A stretch of DNA of 63,871 bases, counting the filler, from Sphacelaria rigidula (Eukaryota), in the NCBI GenBank assembly GCA_964200075.2. It is 6 parts of 6 records of this genome, joined end to end, with 100 filler letters (N's around TTAATTAATTAA, not from the genome) between each part and the next. Parts side by side here need not be neighbours in the genome. Positions count along the whole stretch, not along the records: positions 1 to 10,562 come from CAXNAA020006271.1; positions 10,663 to 21,224 come from CAXNAA020006272.1; 4 more parts are not named here. One strand, 5' to 3'. The notes beneath the pieces were generated by a model. It was not told the origin of the DNA. It saw only the letters and a program-made list of their open reading frames with translations, and searched no databases. The translations under genes were made by a program, and so were the position numbers. Positions 1 through 11,917 of the stretch are shown here, in pieces. Each line of letters begins with the position of its first letter. Position 1 is the stretch's first letter.

Positions 1-1362
1 CAGGCTCGCACTCAATCACGAAGCGTGAAGCGCCGTGGTGTGTTCGGCGAGTCGCATCAACGAAAAAAAAAAGAGACGGATGGGGGGAGGGGGGGCATTG
101 ATCCCTCAAGACTATGGGTTCGTCCTGAGGAAGAGAAGTGGTCGAAGGTATCATCAAGAAAAAAAATATGTGTTGGGCGTGAGTCTGTAAACCGCTGACG
201 TGAAATCGTTCGCGCTTCTTCACAATTACTGAAAGATAATTTACAATGATTTCTGTCTACTTGAACTTCCCCGATACATTGCAGATTTACATCGGCAAAC
301 TCTGAGGTATACCGGAGCACTTTCGGCACAAGTTCAGGCACCGCTCCGATAGCATTATTCACTGCCCGCGATACGGTCATGGCGAGAACGGCAAGATACT
401 TGATCATGGACGCGAACCCAGCAGGGCGCACCTGAGAGTGGCGAGCGACAAGGACTGGAATTTCGCTTTATATACGCGACGGCAAGCTCCGCAGATGCCA
501 ATATCAATTTCTTGCCATCTCTTCGCTGCGCACCTGTCGTACTCGGGGAATTCCACAACTACCCAATTTCGGTTTACACGTATTGGCGATGAACCCCGCA
601 GACATTATGAGGCAGCAGAGGCGGTTCCTTGCCAACGCTTCGTTCTTTGCGAACCCGAACATCCGCTTCTGTCACTTCTCCGGCCTCCATATTCAAGCTG
701 ACGGGGCATGGACACTTTTGAGTTAAAGTGACACTCCGGAACTGCCGACTGACCACCGCTGCAGTATCAAGTGACACCTCCAACTATAGCACTGCGTTTG
801 ATTGTACCCGTAACAGTAATGTCCAGTGTCTTCGTGCCATAGGAGGGTGCAGAGAATGCACACGGCAACTAAACACGCATGCACGCAGAACACTTCAACC
901 TGACTGCGCCTGATGAACAGATTCTTGAATCAGATTCCAGCCACAAAATGAGCGGTGCACACCCATGCTTCATCTCCTATACACAAATCTGGGATGGCGC
1001 TACGCTCCATCATCCACGTACAGTGTGGGAGCATCAACAAAGAAGCTACGACACGGTCCTGCCAGATCGGACAGGAGTCTCATCACTCAAAAGTTGATCG
1101 GTCAGCAGCTCCGGCGTGTCGCTATACCTCATTACTGTCCACCTCCAGTCAGCTTGGATATAACGACGAAAGAGGCGGTGGCAATAAACCACTTTTGCTG
1201 CCTCTTAGCATTCGCGGGGTTCATCGAAACTTGTGAACCGAAATTACGTAGTTATCGCATTTGTGCAGTAGTACAGGTGCAGCGACAAGATAGAAGACAT
1301 GGCTCCATGTATCTGCGGAGTTCGCTGTGACATTCGTTCGAACAAAGTGTCAACACTGGGCC

Positions 1363-1461
1363 GTCGCCACTCTGAGGTGCCTCAGGTGCACCCTGCTGGG
1401 TTGGCGTTCATGATGAGGTCAATGGTCTGATGACTATGGCATGCATGGTCATGAGTACACC
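1363..1461 (+). repeat. Short dispersed repeat (core GGTCAATGGTCWGAYGACTAWGGCAWGCA)
   Basis: Core recurs at ~5966-6005 (+), ~10751-10795 (+), 31987-32025 (-) and ~53317-53362 (+). The upstream half also recurs inverted at ~399-448. Confidence 0.8.
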
Positions 1462-3646
1462 ATTTCGCTTGGGAGTCGCCAGGGAAGTACCCTAAAACCA
1501 AGTGTTCGTGCGGTCTAACTCGTAGCGCGTTTCAGCCCAATACAGTATCACAGATCATACAGTATTGTACACTGAACACAACACAGCAATACGGTACAGC
1601 ACAGGCGCCCAACGCACAGCACCAGCAGGAATGTCGCAGCAACGGACAGCGCGTTGTTCGTCTTACCGAAGACGAAACAGTCAACATACCCATGAAGCTT
1701 CCAACAGTGTGCAGCCAGCACTGCGTGCCGACCAACATTGCTTTCTGGAGAGACGAACACAACGACAATATCGCAGCCCATGCAATCCAAACTGTGTTCC
1801 CAATGCGTGAACACACCACAACAGAAGAGACAGAGGAAGCTCCGACATATGAGAGAGGGCTTGAGTGTTTTTGCTGCGGTAGGGTAGTGAAACAGGACAT
1901 ATCCCATGTCATAGTCCGCCGTCTGATTGTGGACATGTCTTCAATTTTGGGCCAGTGCTGAGTTGGAACACTCGGCAATAGTCGCGCTTCTTTCAATTCA
2001 CTTTGGGTTACCCTGATCTGTGTGTGGGAGGTTTGGCTTGAGATGCAGGCTTCGCCCACTAATTTAATTGGGCAAATTCCGGCCCAGTACATCTTCATTT
2101 TGCCACATAACCGTATTCGAGGAAGTGTATATTGCTACCGGAGCTGTATCTGAATTTGTTCCAAACATGCTCAGCTACACCTGAGCAAGGCAAAGTTCCA
2201 ATTATTTTCATTAGCCGCGGCGATCTGAGCGGGGATTCGAACCGGCACCCTGTGGTCGCAACCACAAAAGGCGCTACGGGCTCTTCTTCTGTTGCCGCCA
2301 AAATCAAGAGATGTTCAGTCCTCAAAAGATAAATGTGCCTCTCTACCTCTTCGATAGGCGGTCTCCATCCGTACGCACGGGTCGCGTGGTACAATTCGAC
2401 CTTTTCGACATGCTTTACCCCTGAAAAAACGTGAATGTACACGATCTCACATGACAGAGTGGTGTTGAAAATCAGGATATCAGGTCAGTGTGGGTAAGAC
2501 AGAAAGACAGTAAGACAAAGCATCAACAACGTAAAAAGAAGTCCTGCGCAAATGCACGTTCTGCAAAGTCTCCCCCATCACGCCAGTTATACATTTTTAC
2601 TGGCTTTCGTGTTACGAATGAAAAAACCGCCGCCGACGGCCGCCGCATCTTGTCAATGGCTGCTAGATCGTTCCGCCACACATCATAACTCTGGTGGTGA
2701 AGCAAGCCCGTTGCCAAAGTGTTAGCGTCCTGTACAAGCGACGCGGTCATGTAAATCTTTGCCAATCATGCGCTTCTCGACAAACGGAAAGGCCTGGTGT
2801 ATATCCGCTATATGCCGTCAGCGAAATTGATTCAGTGATGCTATCTGTAGTCCTCGTACCTGCTTGAGGGTGAAGTAATTTACCGGGAACACAGACGAGT
2901 CTATCATTCCCTCCGTGTTAGCCATGGACATTCCCTTGTCCATCATGTACTTCGCGACGTACATAACCAAGTCTTTGACCTCCACGTCCTTCCCCGCCTC
3001 CTTGCTGTACATTTCGACCTGCTCCTTACCGACCTGAATAAGTTGGGGGCGTCGTGAAAGTTGCAGAAGCGTTAGCCTTTCATCGACAAAACGGAATGAT
3101 GATGAGAAGTCGCTCTCAAAGACTCCTTTGAAAGCATGCTTCTGCTTTTCAAGGGCACACACAGGCGTGAGCATTCCAACATTCGCGGATCGTGCCGAGC
3201 AAAGTGGAGCATATCCGTGTGACTAGAAAACATTTCATCACTAAGCTGAGGGCCACCCACTCCGCACAGTCAACACTGACTGTGAAAGTCCACATGAAAC
3301 ACATCTCCTGCAAACGTACAGTCACGGTGATTCGGGCACGCCGCGGTTGAAAATATCCCAGCGTTCACGACGTACCGTGCAGGGACGTACTCACCACGAT
3401 ACGATGCTGCGTAATTCCCTTTGGGTTCGTGATCTCGACCACAGTGATGTAACCTCCAGGGGTCTCTTGTACAAATTGTATTTCGATCGATCGTTTTCTC
3501 CTGGAACGAGCAGCATGACGCGGATGCAGCAAGCAGCTTATAAGAACCTGTGCATGCTAAGGAGATCATATGATGGTTTAACCATGGGGAACGTTCATCC
3601 TTCATTGCGATTTTGGTTGCATCGTGGGCTAACGCGTGCTAATTTC

Positions 3647-5157
3647 CAGGGGTCTACACGTTACACGTTCACGTTCATGTTACGTTCATCACGTGAAAAA
3701 TATTTAACGGTCACGTTACGTTACGTTCATCACGTAAAAAAAATTAGCGTTACGTTATCTTTTCATGTGAAAATTTAACGTTACGTTCATCACGTAAAAA
3801 AAAATAAACGTCACGTGTAACGTTTAATATAACGTTTCATTCTGTGCATGTCGCGGCTCATGCACCGGTGTTGAAGGCGTTGTAACGTGCCGTTCAACGC
3901 GTGATGTTACCGTGTACGTGACGCTGACGGTGACCCGTCGGCTACTCGTCATGTATGAAAACAACTCTATGAAAAAACGCGTTTTCTGATAACCCACTTC
4001 CTATGTGATCGGAAAACGCGTTTGAAATCCCGCCGCACGCCAACACACCCTCCAGCCCACGACAGCAGCCATGGGTGGCTTAGCTGCCATCACCACTGCT
4101 ATCGCTGGTGCTCGCGGGTAGTCAGCGTGTTGCTTCATTGACTTTCGCTCGCCAGTATCATGGTAGCTCTTTACCCCATGAGAACAGCACAGGGCAGGGT
4201 CGATGACGAGTGCTGTACACTCTGTGTGTCGTTTGCACAGACAGTATTATAGCTAGCATTTCAGGTCTGTGCATGCAGCGTGATGCGAACAGCACTCGCG
4301 ATACAGTACAGATTGCCCACGCACCTAAGACTGTTGTGTGTACTCTTGTCCGCGCTTTCCTTTCAGTGAAAAGCACAACAGTCACTTATTAGTACAGCAA
4401 GGCGGTGTTCGTATTGATAGTCTTGCGTCACGCAGCCCACCATGTATTGCGCAGGCAATATATCACAGTAGTACAGACAGTCACTGCGGACCGTACGCCA
4501 CGACACGACAGCAGAGTGCTGCGTCTTTCTCGCGCGCACGATAATTTGCAATCATGCCTGCACACTTCATAAAAAACGATGAGCACTGCGTTTCCAATTT
4601 TGACAGCACGTCGATTACGTGAGAAAGGCTACTTTGAAAAACTATGCGGGAAATGGCGCTGTTGAAAAACGGCTATTTCTGACAACGTGTTTTTATACAC
4701 ATAAGCAGTAGCCTTGAATGTGGTCGAGATGGTCATGATGTTATGATTGTGACGTGTGGTGGGGAGAGCGCGAAATTTTCGCATTAGTACCACACCTATA
4801 CCATGGTCATTCAAACTCACTCGTGTTTATTGAAGCACCATCTTCTAGTATTTTAAAATTCATTGCAAACTTGAAGTTTCACCACTGCATGTGCCGTATT
4901 CATGACGTTACAGTTGTAACGTGTAACGTAATATATAACGTGACGTGTAGCGTGTAACGTGTAATGCACGTGTAATAGACGTTACACGTTACATGGAACG
5001 TTTCATATTACGTGATTTGAACGTTTGGGCATTTAGACGATCACGTTACGTTGCGTATGTCACGTTAAAAAAAATCAACATTCACGTTACATTTCGGCCA
5101 AAACGTAACGTGAACGTAACGTGTAACGCTGTGGCATGTGTAACGTGTAGACCCCTG
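3647..5157. mobile_element. Non-autonomous hAT-superfamily DNA transposon (1511 bp)
   Basis: Perfect 20-bp TIRs CAGGGGTCTACACGTTACAC (3647-3666 and 5138-5157). 8-bp TSD CTAATTTC (3639-3646 and 5158-5165). Dense subterminal ACGT-core repeats at both ends. No transposase ORF. Confidence 0.92.
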
Positions 5158-6116
5158 CTAATTTCAACGAGAGATTGAGCCTGAACATCAGTGCGGATCC
5201 GCATCGTTTCAGTTCGATCTTGTGGTATATTTCAACACACAGAATCGCAAAACAAAAAATCGGGCATGACCTGATACACGGGACTTTACTCCACTCTGGA
5301 GTCACCAACTCACGCTGCTGCTGCCGCTTTTGCTGCTGCAGGTGGGGCAGCCTTCTCGACCATGGACAACCATCGGTTCCGCTGCATTCCTGTTTGACGC
5401 GAGCTGACTCGCACAGGGCCACCAATCTGTGAAGATTACGATATGAACATGACGATAAAACGGAAGCGGAAGGAAAAGCGCATTTTCGGGCAGTACAACA
5501 GTTGAAAGCGAGGACACAGGTATAGGGCGGTAAGGATGAGCGCGCGGCCGTGGATACGCGCATGGTCATCTTAAATATGAAAGTACCATTAATGCACGAG
5601 CTACTTGTTTTTGGGCGCTGGACTTTCCAGTGGTCAATAATTCCGCTCCCATGACGCAAGATACAGGCAGACGGGACGAACACCCCCCCCTAAATCCCTT
5701 TAGGCACGAGGTGACTGGTGGTTCATACGTGAATCGCTCCACGTATTTTCTTCACCTGCATACACCATTTTTCTTTCTTCAGCCGTATTTTTGTTCAGGG
5801 GCCATTCTCGAACATTTGAAGCCAAGCGGATCGGAAGAGTGGGCTAGACTCCTCTCGGTGGGGCGATGCAAGGTGTCCAACGCGTGTGACGGCGATACTC
5901 TGTGTTTGAGGGTCAAAATCCGTGTCAAATCTTCCAAAAGTGGAAATCCCCCCCAAAGTGCCAACTTGGTCTAATGACTATGGCATGCACGATCATGAGT
6001 ACAGCTAAAGTGCCGACCGTAAGACACCGCATAATGTTCTTATGTTCGATTGCGTTGTATCGACCATGTCTCCCATGAATGGCCAATAAGAGTTCGCTCG
6101 AGGGCCCGGCTCCCAA

Positions 6117-7410
6117 TAAGGCCGCTCCCTTTGTCAGACAAAAAACCCCTGAGTAAGTGCCTTTTTGTAGTTTTCACGTCTTTTTACGCTCGAGAAGAGA
6201 GCTAGGCGGATTTTGACACCTTGGAATGCCTTACTGCACTCGTTGAGACGGTTCCAGCACACCTATGAGTTTTTGTGGAAACCGCATTTTTCATTCTTTT
6301 TTCTGGCCTAAAAGGCTACTTCTTGTGTATCAAAAAATAAATCTTGTCGAAAAGTGCATTTTTGGCTCTTCTCCGTCGTTTTTCCCCCAAAAAGAGGGCT
6401 TGGCGGATGTTGACGCCTTGGGATGATTTGCTCTACTCGCTGAAGCGGTTCCAGAGCACCTCTGCGTTTGCCGTAGGACACAGTTTCGTTCTTGGTCGAA
6501 CTTGCATTTTCAATAACAAACGGCCAAGTTATCAGAAAACAGGGTGAAAACTGATGTTTTTTTGGTGACTTGACTGTTCGTTATTGAAAATGCAAGTTTG
6601 ACCAAAAACGAAACCGTGACCTACGGAAAACGCATGTGTGCTTTGGAACGACCTCGGCGAGTAGAGCAAGTCATTCCAAGGTGTCAGCATCCGCCTAGCT
6701 TTCTTTCCGTGGGAAAAACGACAGAGAACAGCCAAAAATACACTTTTCAACAAGATTCATATTTTGATGCGTGAGGTCTTATATATAAAAAAAGAAAGGT
6801 TGCTGGAAAGTACATTTTTGACCGTTCTCCGTCGTTTTTCCCCCGAAAGGAGGGCAAGGCGGCTTTTGACACGTTCGAATGACTTGCTCTACTCGCTGAG
6901 ACCGTTCCAGAGCACACATGCGTTTGCCGTAGGTCATGGTTTCGTTTTTGGCCTAACTTGGATTTTCAATAACAAATGATCAAGTTATCTAAAAACAGGG
7001 GGTCAAGTTATCTAAGGCTACTTATGTATCGAAAAGTAAAAGATGTTGAAAAGTGCATTTTTGGCCCTTCTCCGTCGTTTTCGTCTCCAAAGAGGGCTAG
7101 GCGGATGTGGACACCTTGGAATGACGTGCTCTACTCGATGAGACCGTTCCAGAGCACCTTTGCGTTTTCTGTAGGCACATTTTATTTCCGTTCTTGGCCA
7201 AAAATGCATTTTCAATAACAAACGGTCGAGTTACTAAAAAAATGGCAATTTCCCCCCTTTTTTCGATAACTTGACCATTTGTTATTGAAAATGCATTTTT
7301 GGCCAAGAACGAAACTATGACCTACAGAAAACGCAAAGGTGCTCTGGAACGGTCTCGCGAGAAAAATGCAAGGTCGACCGAAAAAAAATTGCGGCCACCG
7401 GAAAAACGCA
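6117..7410. repeat. Compound foldback/MITE-derived array of ~200-bp arms in direct and inverted orientation
   Basis: Begins with the terminus TAAGGCCGCTCC shared with 18323 and 16098. The arm motif CTAGGCGGATGTTGACACCTTGGAATGACTTGCTCTACTCG is present at about 6200, 6400, 6860 and 7100 (+) and inverted at about 6660-6700, with a further partial inverted arm at 7265-7355. Confidence 0.85.
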
Positions 7411-9639
7411 CAGGTGAGCAAAGCTCTAAAAAAGGTACTTTTCCATAATTATTTTTTGTCTGCCATCAGGAGCAGGCGAAGAAGCTACAGTACTGGGCGC
7501 TTGAACTATTTATTGTTCAAAAGGGTTTTTGTCGCGAATACTCTTCTATAAAACTCCAAAGTGCTAGCGTCGGTAGATTTTGGTACAATAAACAGATGGT
7601 TCTTCTTCCCTAGTGCTAAAGTTAGTGTTACTTGGTCTTATCGGGCGATACGAGTAGAAACCCCGTTTATCCGGAGGGTGTTATTGACCGTGAAACAAAG
7701 TTACTCGGCTCTAGTGCAATAAGTAGGTAGAATTTGGAAAAAAAAAAATCCTGTACATTCCTCGACAGGTACGATCGCGACAGGCTCGATCGACCGTAAA
7801 TACCGAAGACTCAGAATCTGGGCTGAAACGTGGCAGGACCCCCGATGACCGATAAGTCCGTGAGTTACTCAAGATTGAGTACAGATGATTTTTTTTCTTG
7901 GAATGTGAAGCGGACACAAGTATCTTCAGATCCTAAATGTGATGAACGGTGGCAAGCGAAAGAACCCAACAAAATAGCCAAATACGAGGAAATTACCAAT
8001 ATGAACAGTTCAGGTGCCCAGTACAGTTGTAAACAATAATCCGTCGATTTTTTTGTGATGTTCACGTCGGGAACCTCAATCCTTGAACGCAATGATAAGT
8101 AATCGGGATCACGCAGTAATTTCTCAGTGAACAGTGATGCCGATTCAACACATGACCAACCCTTGCCCCCAAAGCGAGAAAAATCAGCTGAACCTCTCGC
8201 CAAAATAAAACAAGGTTTTGAGGCTGAGCCAAATCTAGTGTTGCATTCGAGCAGCCCGGGACTGTATCGATCGCCGAGAACACTGAGTTCTACGGAGTAC
8301 TTCGGAGTATCTGGAATATCGACACCTCAAATTACACGTACCCGTACTCATCCCAAGCACATTCGACTAGTTGTATGAAGGCAACAGAAGACGGGAAGGG
8401 ACGGTGGGGGGGACGGGGAATGTGATGCCGGAACTCAGATATGAGGGACCCCCCCGTGATACCGAGGTACCGAGAGTCCGTACCACAACATCACAATGAG
8501 GGATCAGCACACTGAACCCGAAAGAAAAACCAGCATCCGACTCTCTTCGGTGTCTCCACGGGCATACAGAGTCAGTATACTCGACACCTGCGAATGGAGA
8601 CACCCAAGACAGCGCACTGCAGTGACCGGGGTAGTCCGCACCCATGTTGAGGTCCACGATTTGTGTACATACCCTAATAAAGTACACTAGGACAAAGTCC
8701 AGATCATGATGACCGCCCATAGAACTGGCAGCACAGTGCAAAGAACAGCATTGGAGGGGCTGAAGTCATGTGTGCACCATCTCTGCTTGGCACATGCATC
8801 GGCGTCAAGACGAACGGATTTCGAGAGAATGGCCTTCTTGTTGCCTAATCCAGCTTCCGGTGGGTGTATGTGTCGGCGGTGCTTTGACACTATGTTGACG
8901 GTTCATGCAGTACGCAGAACGGCAGCAAAGCCGGTATACGTTTGCCTATCGGCACGTGTGAGCTGTAGAAGCAACCACACATCTCAGGGAGAGGAACAGC
9001 ATCCTACAACGAAGTAAACGCATCGTCCTATGTAAAGGATATGTAGCCAGTGTTGTGTTTCTGACGGCAAGTGTCCGTCGGCAAGGCATTGGGTGATATC
9101 CTCCGTAGAACTCACGTTGAAGCCATGAACCGCACATAATCCTACACACACCACCAGCGGGGTAGCCGCTCCAAGCTTCATATCAAGTTCTTCTGCTATG
9201 CGGCTGAAGAATCTGGTTTCACCACGGAGGATATTTTCCGCGGATGTTCAGAGCTGGGATTTGGGGATGAGCTTGTCGATTGCTCAACGGCAAAGTTGCT
9301 CGACATGCGGTCAAAGCGGTCAAGCTTTATGTTTTGAAGCTATGGCACTAGCCCCTCATTCAGGCCCGCGGTCAAAAATTGGACGTGAAACTTCCTGGGT
9401 ACCCACCGAAGTAGGGGTGCGCACCAGGCTCCGAATCGGAACATCCGCCTAATTATATGGTATGTGATATCTTCATGTACCGATGCATTGCGACAAATAC
9501 ACACACGCGCATATAAATACGTGGATACATCAAATATTAATATCATCGCCCAAATTCCGACAAATAAATGAGCACCCAAATATATATATATATATAATAT
9601 AGGTTGATATCTGATGGTGTTATTCCTAGAGCTCGGAAA

Positions 9640-10244
9640 TGGTACGAGCTGGGCCGCTTAAAAGCTGCTAAAACTTGCTCACACCACAACTTCCCCGGTT
9701 TCCCGAGTGAACCCGATGTGAGCATATCACGGTGACGTGTAGACCAACCTGGTGACACACGGCACCCCCCCTGAATGAAAAAAATGAAAAAAAATGTACT
9801 GCACAATGTATGGCCTCAACGGCGGACGAACAAAAAAGAGAATATGTCGGGATTCGAACTCATGACCTCCATAATTGGAGTCTCCCATCACTTGATGTAT
9901 AGGGGTGCAGCAGCGTCACGGAAAAAGTTGAACGCACGGCCCAATTCTACGAGTCTTGATCTGAAATCTCAGGAAGGCTTTCTGCACCCAAGGAACTGAT
10001 ACTTCACGTGTCCAGCTGCAGATTCTCCTTTTTTTCCTGGACTTACGGCATTATCTTGTTTTCGCTGAAATTTCAAATGCCCATAACTTAATTTTTATAA
10101 TTTTTGAATTTGCTGGTTCTGTGATCTTCTGCATTTAGATAATGAAAAGCTGCTATCAAAATTTCAGCGTCCAACTCCCAATATCGCACCGTGCGTCGCC
10201 TGAGCGAGATTCACAGCTACCCTTGGCTGGCCCAGCTCGTACCA
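9640..10244. mobile_element. Possible small TIR element (~600 bp)
   Basis: Perfect 16-bp inverted repeat TGGTACGAGCTGGGCC (9640-9655) / GGCCCAGCTCGTACCA (10229-10244). No clear TSD. Confidence 0.45.
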
Positions 10245-10562
10245 GTTATAATTGACCATTATCATTGTAATTGTAATAATGGTAATAACAGCCGATTTTA
10301 AATTTTGGGGTTCAACACTGAAATGGGGCTGAAGTCGCATTTATTTTTTGCAGGGAAGATACGAAAGAGTAACATAGAGCGAAAGTATCTTCCCCCCCAA
10401 AACTCCGCAGGAGGACTTGACCGTCAGACCGCGAGAGTAGGTCACCACCTGCTGAATCGGCATCAATATTCACTTGGAAAAAGTACACGCGTGGTCCAGA
10501 TGGACTACGGGCACCGCGGTCCAAGGGTTAAGCAACTCTGGCTAGGTGCACCCAACGAAATG

Positions 10563-10662
10563 NNNNNNNNNNNNNNNNNNNNNNNNNNNNNNNNNNNNNN
10601 NNNNNNTTAATTAATTAANNNNNNNNNNNNNNNNNNNNNNNNNNNNNNNNNNNNNNNNNNNN
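10563..10662. other. Artificial contig spacer N44-TTAATTAATTAA-N44
   Basis: Exactly 100 bp. TTAATTAATTAA gives stops in all six frames. The same spacer recurs every 10,662 bp. Confidence 0.99.
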
Positions 10663-11917
10663 CGATAAAAAACACGAAGTCAAAATATTAATAAGATTAT
10701 AATGGTGACCACCACAGAAGACTGCATGCCCCCCCCCCCCGGCCTCCTCCCGTGGTCAATGGTCAGACGACTAAGGCAAGCAACAAATGAGTACGCCCCC
10801 CCCCGGCCTCCTCCCCTCGATGCCCCTCCCGGTCTACCAAGCAGCTGCCGGGACGAGGACAGGTATACTCCTGCACTTCCCTCCTTCGTTCCGACACGAA
10901 CTCGCGAGCACTCCCAACACACCGCAACACGCAGGAGCCCCTCCAACTATGCCAAAACAACACACCTTCACGTAGTGTGACCTCGCTCTTCTCCCCGGAG
11001 TCGATCTCGTGGAGGCAGCCTAGCCGAACGCCGAAACGGTGCGCACACCTGGCATGTCAGGTCGATACTCGTGACACGTTACGATACAACCTCTACTGCT
11101 TGCGGCTTTGAAAGTAAACCACCCGCCTTGACAGACAAGGACGCTTTCTTTCCCACCGAAACGAATGAGAAAGACGACGAAAAAAAGGCCGCAACTCCCT
11201 ATTCCTATTCCAACATGAACTCGCTCGCACTCATAAAGCAAGGGGAGCATATCTTGTACTCTGTTGAGCTACTGTATACGTCGACACAAAAGCAGTTGTA
11301 TTATACACTCCATCACGCAAGCTGATAACGAGCACTGTAGGACTGAAATTTTCTTCATCAATCAGAAAATTGCGCGCTAAAAACGTCCCTCTCCATGTGC
11401 AAAAACGAAGAAGATAGGAAATAAAGACGGTACTCTGCTGTCCATCGCTCACGAGTCTTGACCGTCCATTTGGTTAGACGCAATGCCATGCCATGCCATG
11501 CCATGTCGCGCCGTCGCCCTGCCAGTGGACTGAGAGCAAGAACAGCATTCACGAGGGAGGGAACAGAGAGCATGAGCAAAGGCCGTTATGCGCTAGCACT
11601 TCATCACAAAGCTCTCACGGCGGGGCCATACTGTACTTTCTCTTGGGTGCCGCCGGTGCAACAACACGAAGCCAACGCCTGCACCGCACCCCAACATACC
11701 GTGTCATCACCGATTCAACTCTCCGATAAGTTACCACCACCACGCATCGAGTGGCAAATTGCAGTGAGCAGGAAGTCCGAGCACATGCCATGCGTCAACC
11801 GACGCGGTGGAGTGCTGACACGTGAAGCGGAGAGCTCGGGGTGCGCTACAACTGGGTGCCACATGCCGCACGCCAAAGCCCTCAATACTTACAGTAGTTA
11901 CTGTGCCTCCGAGGCCT

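Noticed and set aside
1409-1432. C/D-box snoRNA (ATGATGA...CTGA)
   Set aside because: The boxes are only about 10 nt apart and lie within a dispersed repeat.
9845-9895. tRNA gene on the minus strand (GTTCGAATCCC B-box)
   Set aside because: No convincing cloverleaf, A-box or acceptor stem; at most a tRNA-derived remnant.
10607-10618. TTAATTAATTAA as a biological motif (piggyBac TTAA site or periodic element)
   Set aside because: It is always centred in exactly 44+44 Ns; it is a synthetic six-frame stop linker.
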